Source: Chlorokybus atmophyticus (Eukaryota; Plantae; Mesostigma and Chlorokybus algae). From it: a stretch of 7,212 nt of DNA. Where the stretch lies: contig RHPI01002112.1 of the NCBI GenBank assembly GCA_009103225.1, positions 145,908 through 153,119 of the forward strand, in the 5' to 3' direction. The notes under the pieces are model-generated. The model was not told where the DNA came from, ran no database searches, and was given only the letters and a program-made list of their open reading frames with translations. Made by a program: the position numbers and the translations under genes. Numbering within the stretch: position 1 is the first letter of the stretch; each line of letters opens with the position of its first letter. Below are positions 6,428-7,212 of this stretch, piece by piece.

Positions 6428-7212
6428 CAAATATATACCAAAGGCTGTGCTTTGCTTAATATTGGCTTATAAGCCCATCATACTCATAACACTTTTTGTA
6501 CACGCACGGCCATTGCGCGGAGGACATGTCTTTGCCTGCCACCACACATTTCCCGGACATGTTGTGACGTTTGCAAATTGTGTTCTTCAAGACAACATAC
6601 GTGTTAGTTGTGTTGCGTTATTAGACGGACACGCAAGTGAGATGTGACATGCCATGACGCGATACACGTTGCAGCAAGATTCAACAAGGCCGATAAAGGC
6701 AATAACTTGTACTACAACGTATCATTACATACTAGTGCGTTTACGTCACAACCATGTGCAAAAGGACATATGCTTCTTTTCATGATGTGTAAAGTTGTGG
6801 GCGCACGCATTTCCTATAATTGTGCATCATAAGGGCATTACATGTATCATTCATACTTCCTTTTAAAGTGTCAAGTGCTGCTCTAGATTAAATCATGCTC
6901 ATCAACAAACGCAAGAGATTGTGCTTAACTGTTTTTTTGTTCGTTTTTTAGGGCGCGTTTTTTCAGTACGTTATATTTAATACAAGTTCGTGTGGTTTTC
7001 GGACGAAGCAAGATGGCAGGGAGGGCGTGGGGGAATGAGGGTTGTCGTAAAGCATACAGCTTCAATTTTAATCAGCTTTTTGTCCAAGTTATGTCGTGTC
7101 CAGTTTTGTAAGGCAACTTGACAACCAATTTGTGGTGTGATGTCGATGATGTGCGACATAAAAGGCTTGTGTCTCTGCTTAATTCTTTGAAGGAAGGGGA
7201 GGGGAGGGGAAG

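Noticed and set aside
6977-7159. Minus-strand 60-aa ORF MSHIIDITPQIGC..
   Set aside because: No recognisable motif or splice support, and its length is within chance expectation.
1-7212. CRISPR array, tRNA/rRNA, telomeric repeats or prokaryotic operon
   Set aside because: No regularly spaced repeats, cloverleaf or rRNA-like segments, or telomere arrays were seen. The spliceosomal introns indicate eukaryotic nuclear DNA.

Overview
Eukaryotic, intron-rich DNA, probably from a chlorophyte green alga. That assignment is inferred from GTGAGT/GTGCG-type donors, CA/TG-rich introns and TGTAA poly(A)-like signals. The main feature is a ~10-exon minus-strand gene (5654 to 2402) for a BAHD-family acyl-CoA-dependent acyltransferase (Transferase/PF02458-like). 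It has an intact HxxxD motif (HSIAD), a GYVGN segment and a variant of DFGWG (GFGEG). The best-aligning splice path has several lesions: a TGA made at a splice junction, two apparent 1-nt homopolymer frameshifts and a missing acceptor AG. The locus is therefore a young pseudogene, an error-prone assembly, or a gene that depends on several unusual splice choices. The two introns flanking the catalytic exon carry roughly colinear complementary CA/TG tracts. Positions 1-2100 hold scattered minus-strand exon candidates of an unidentified second gene. Positions 5900-7212 are promoter and AT-rich intergenic sequence. I found no RNA genes, CRISPR arrays or intact mobile elements.
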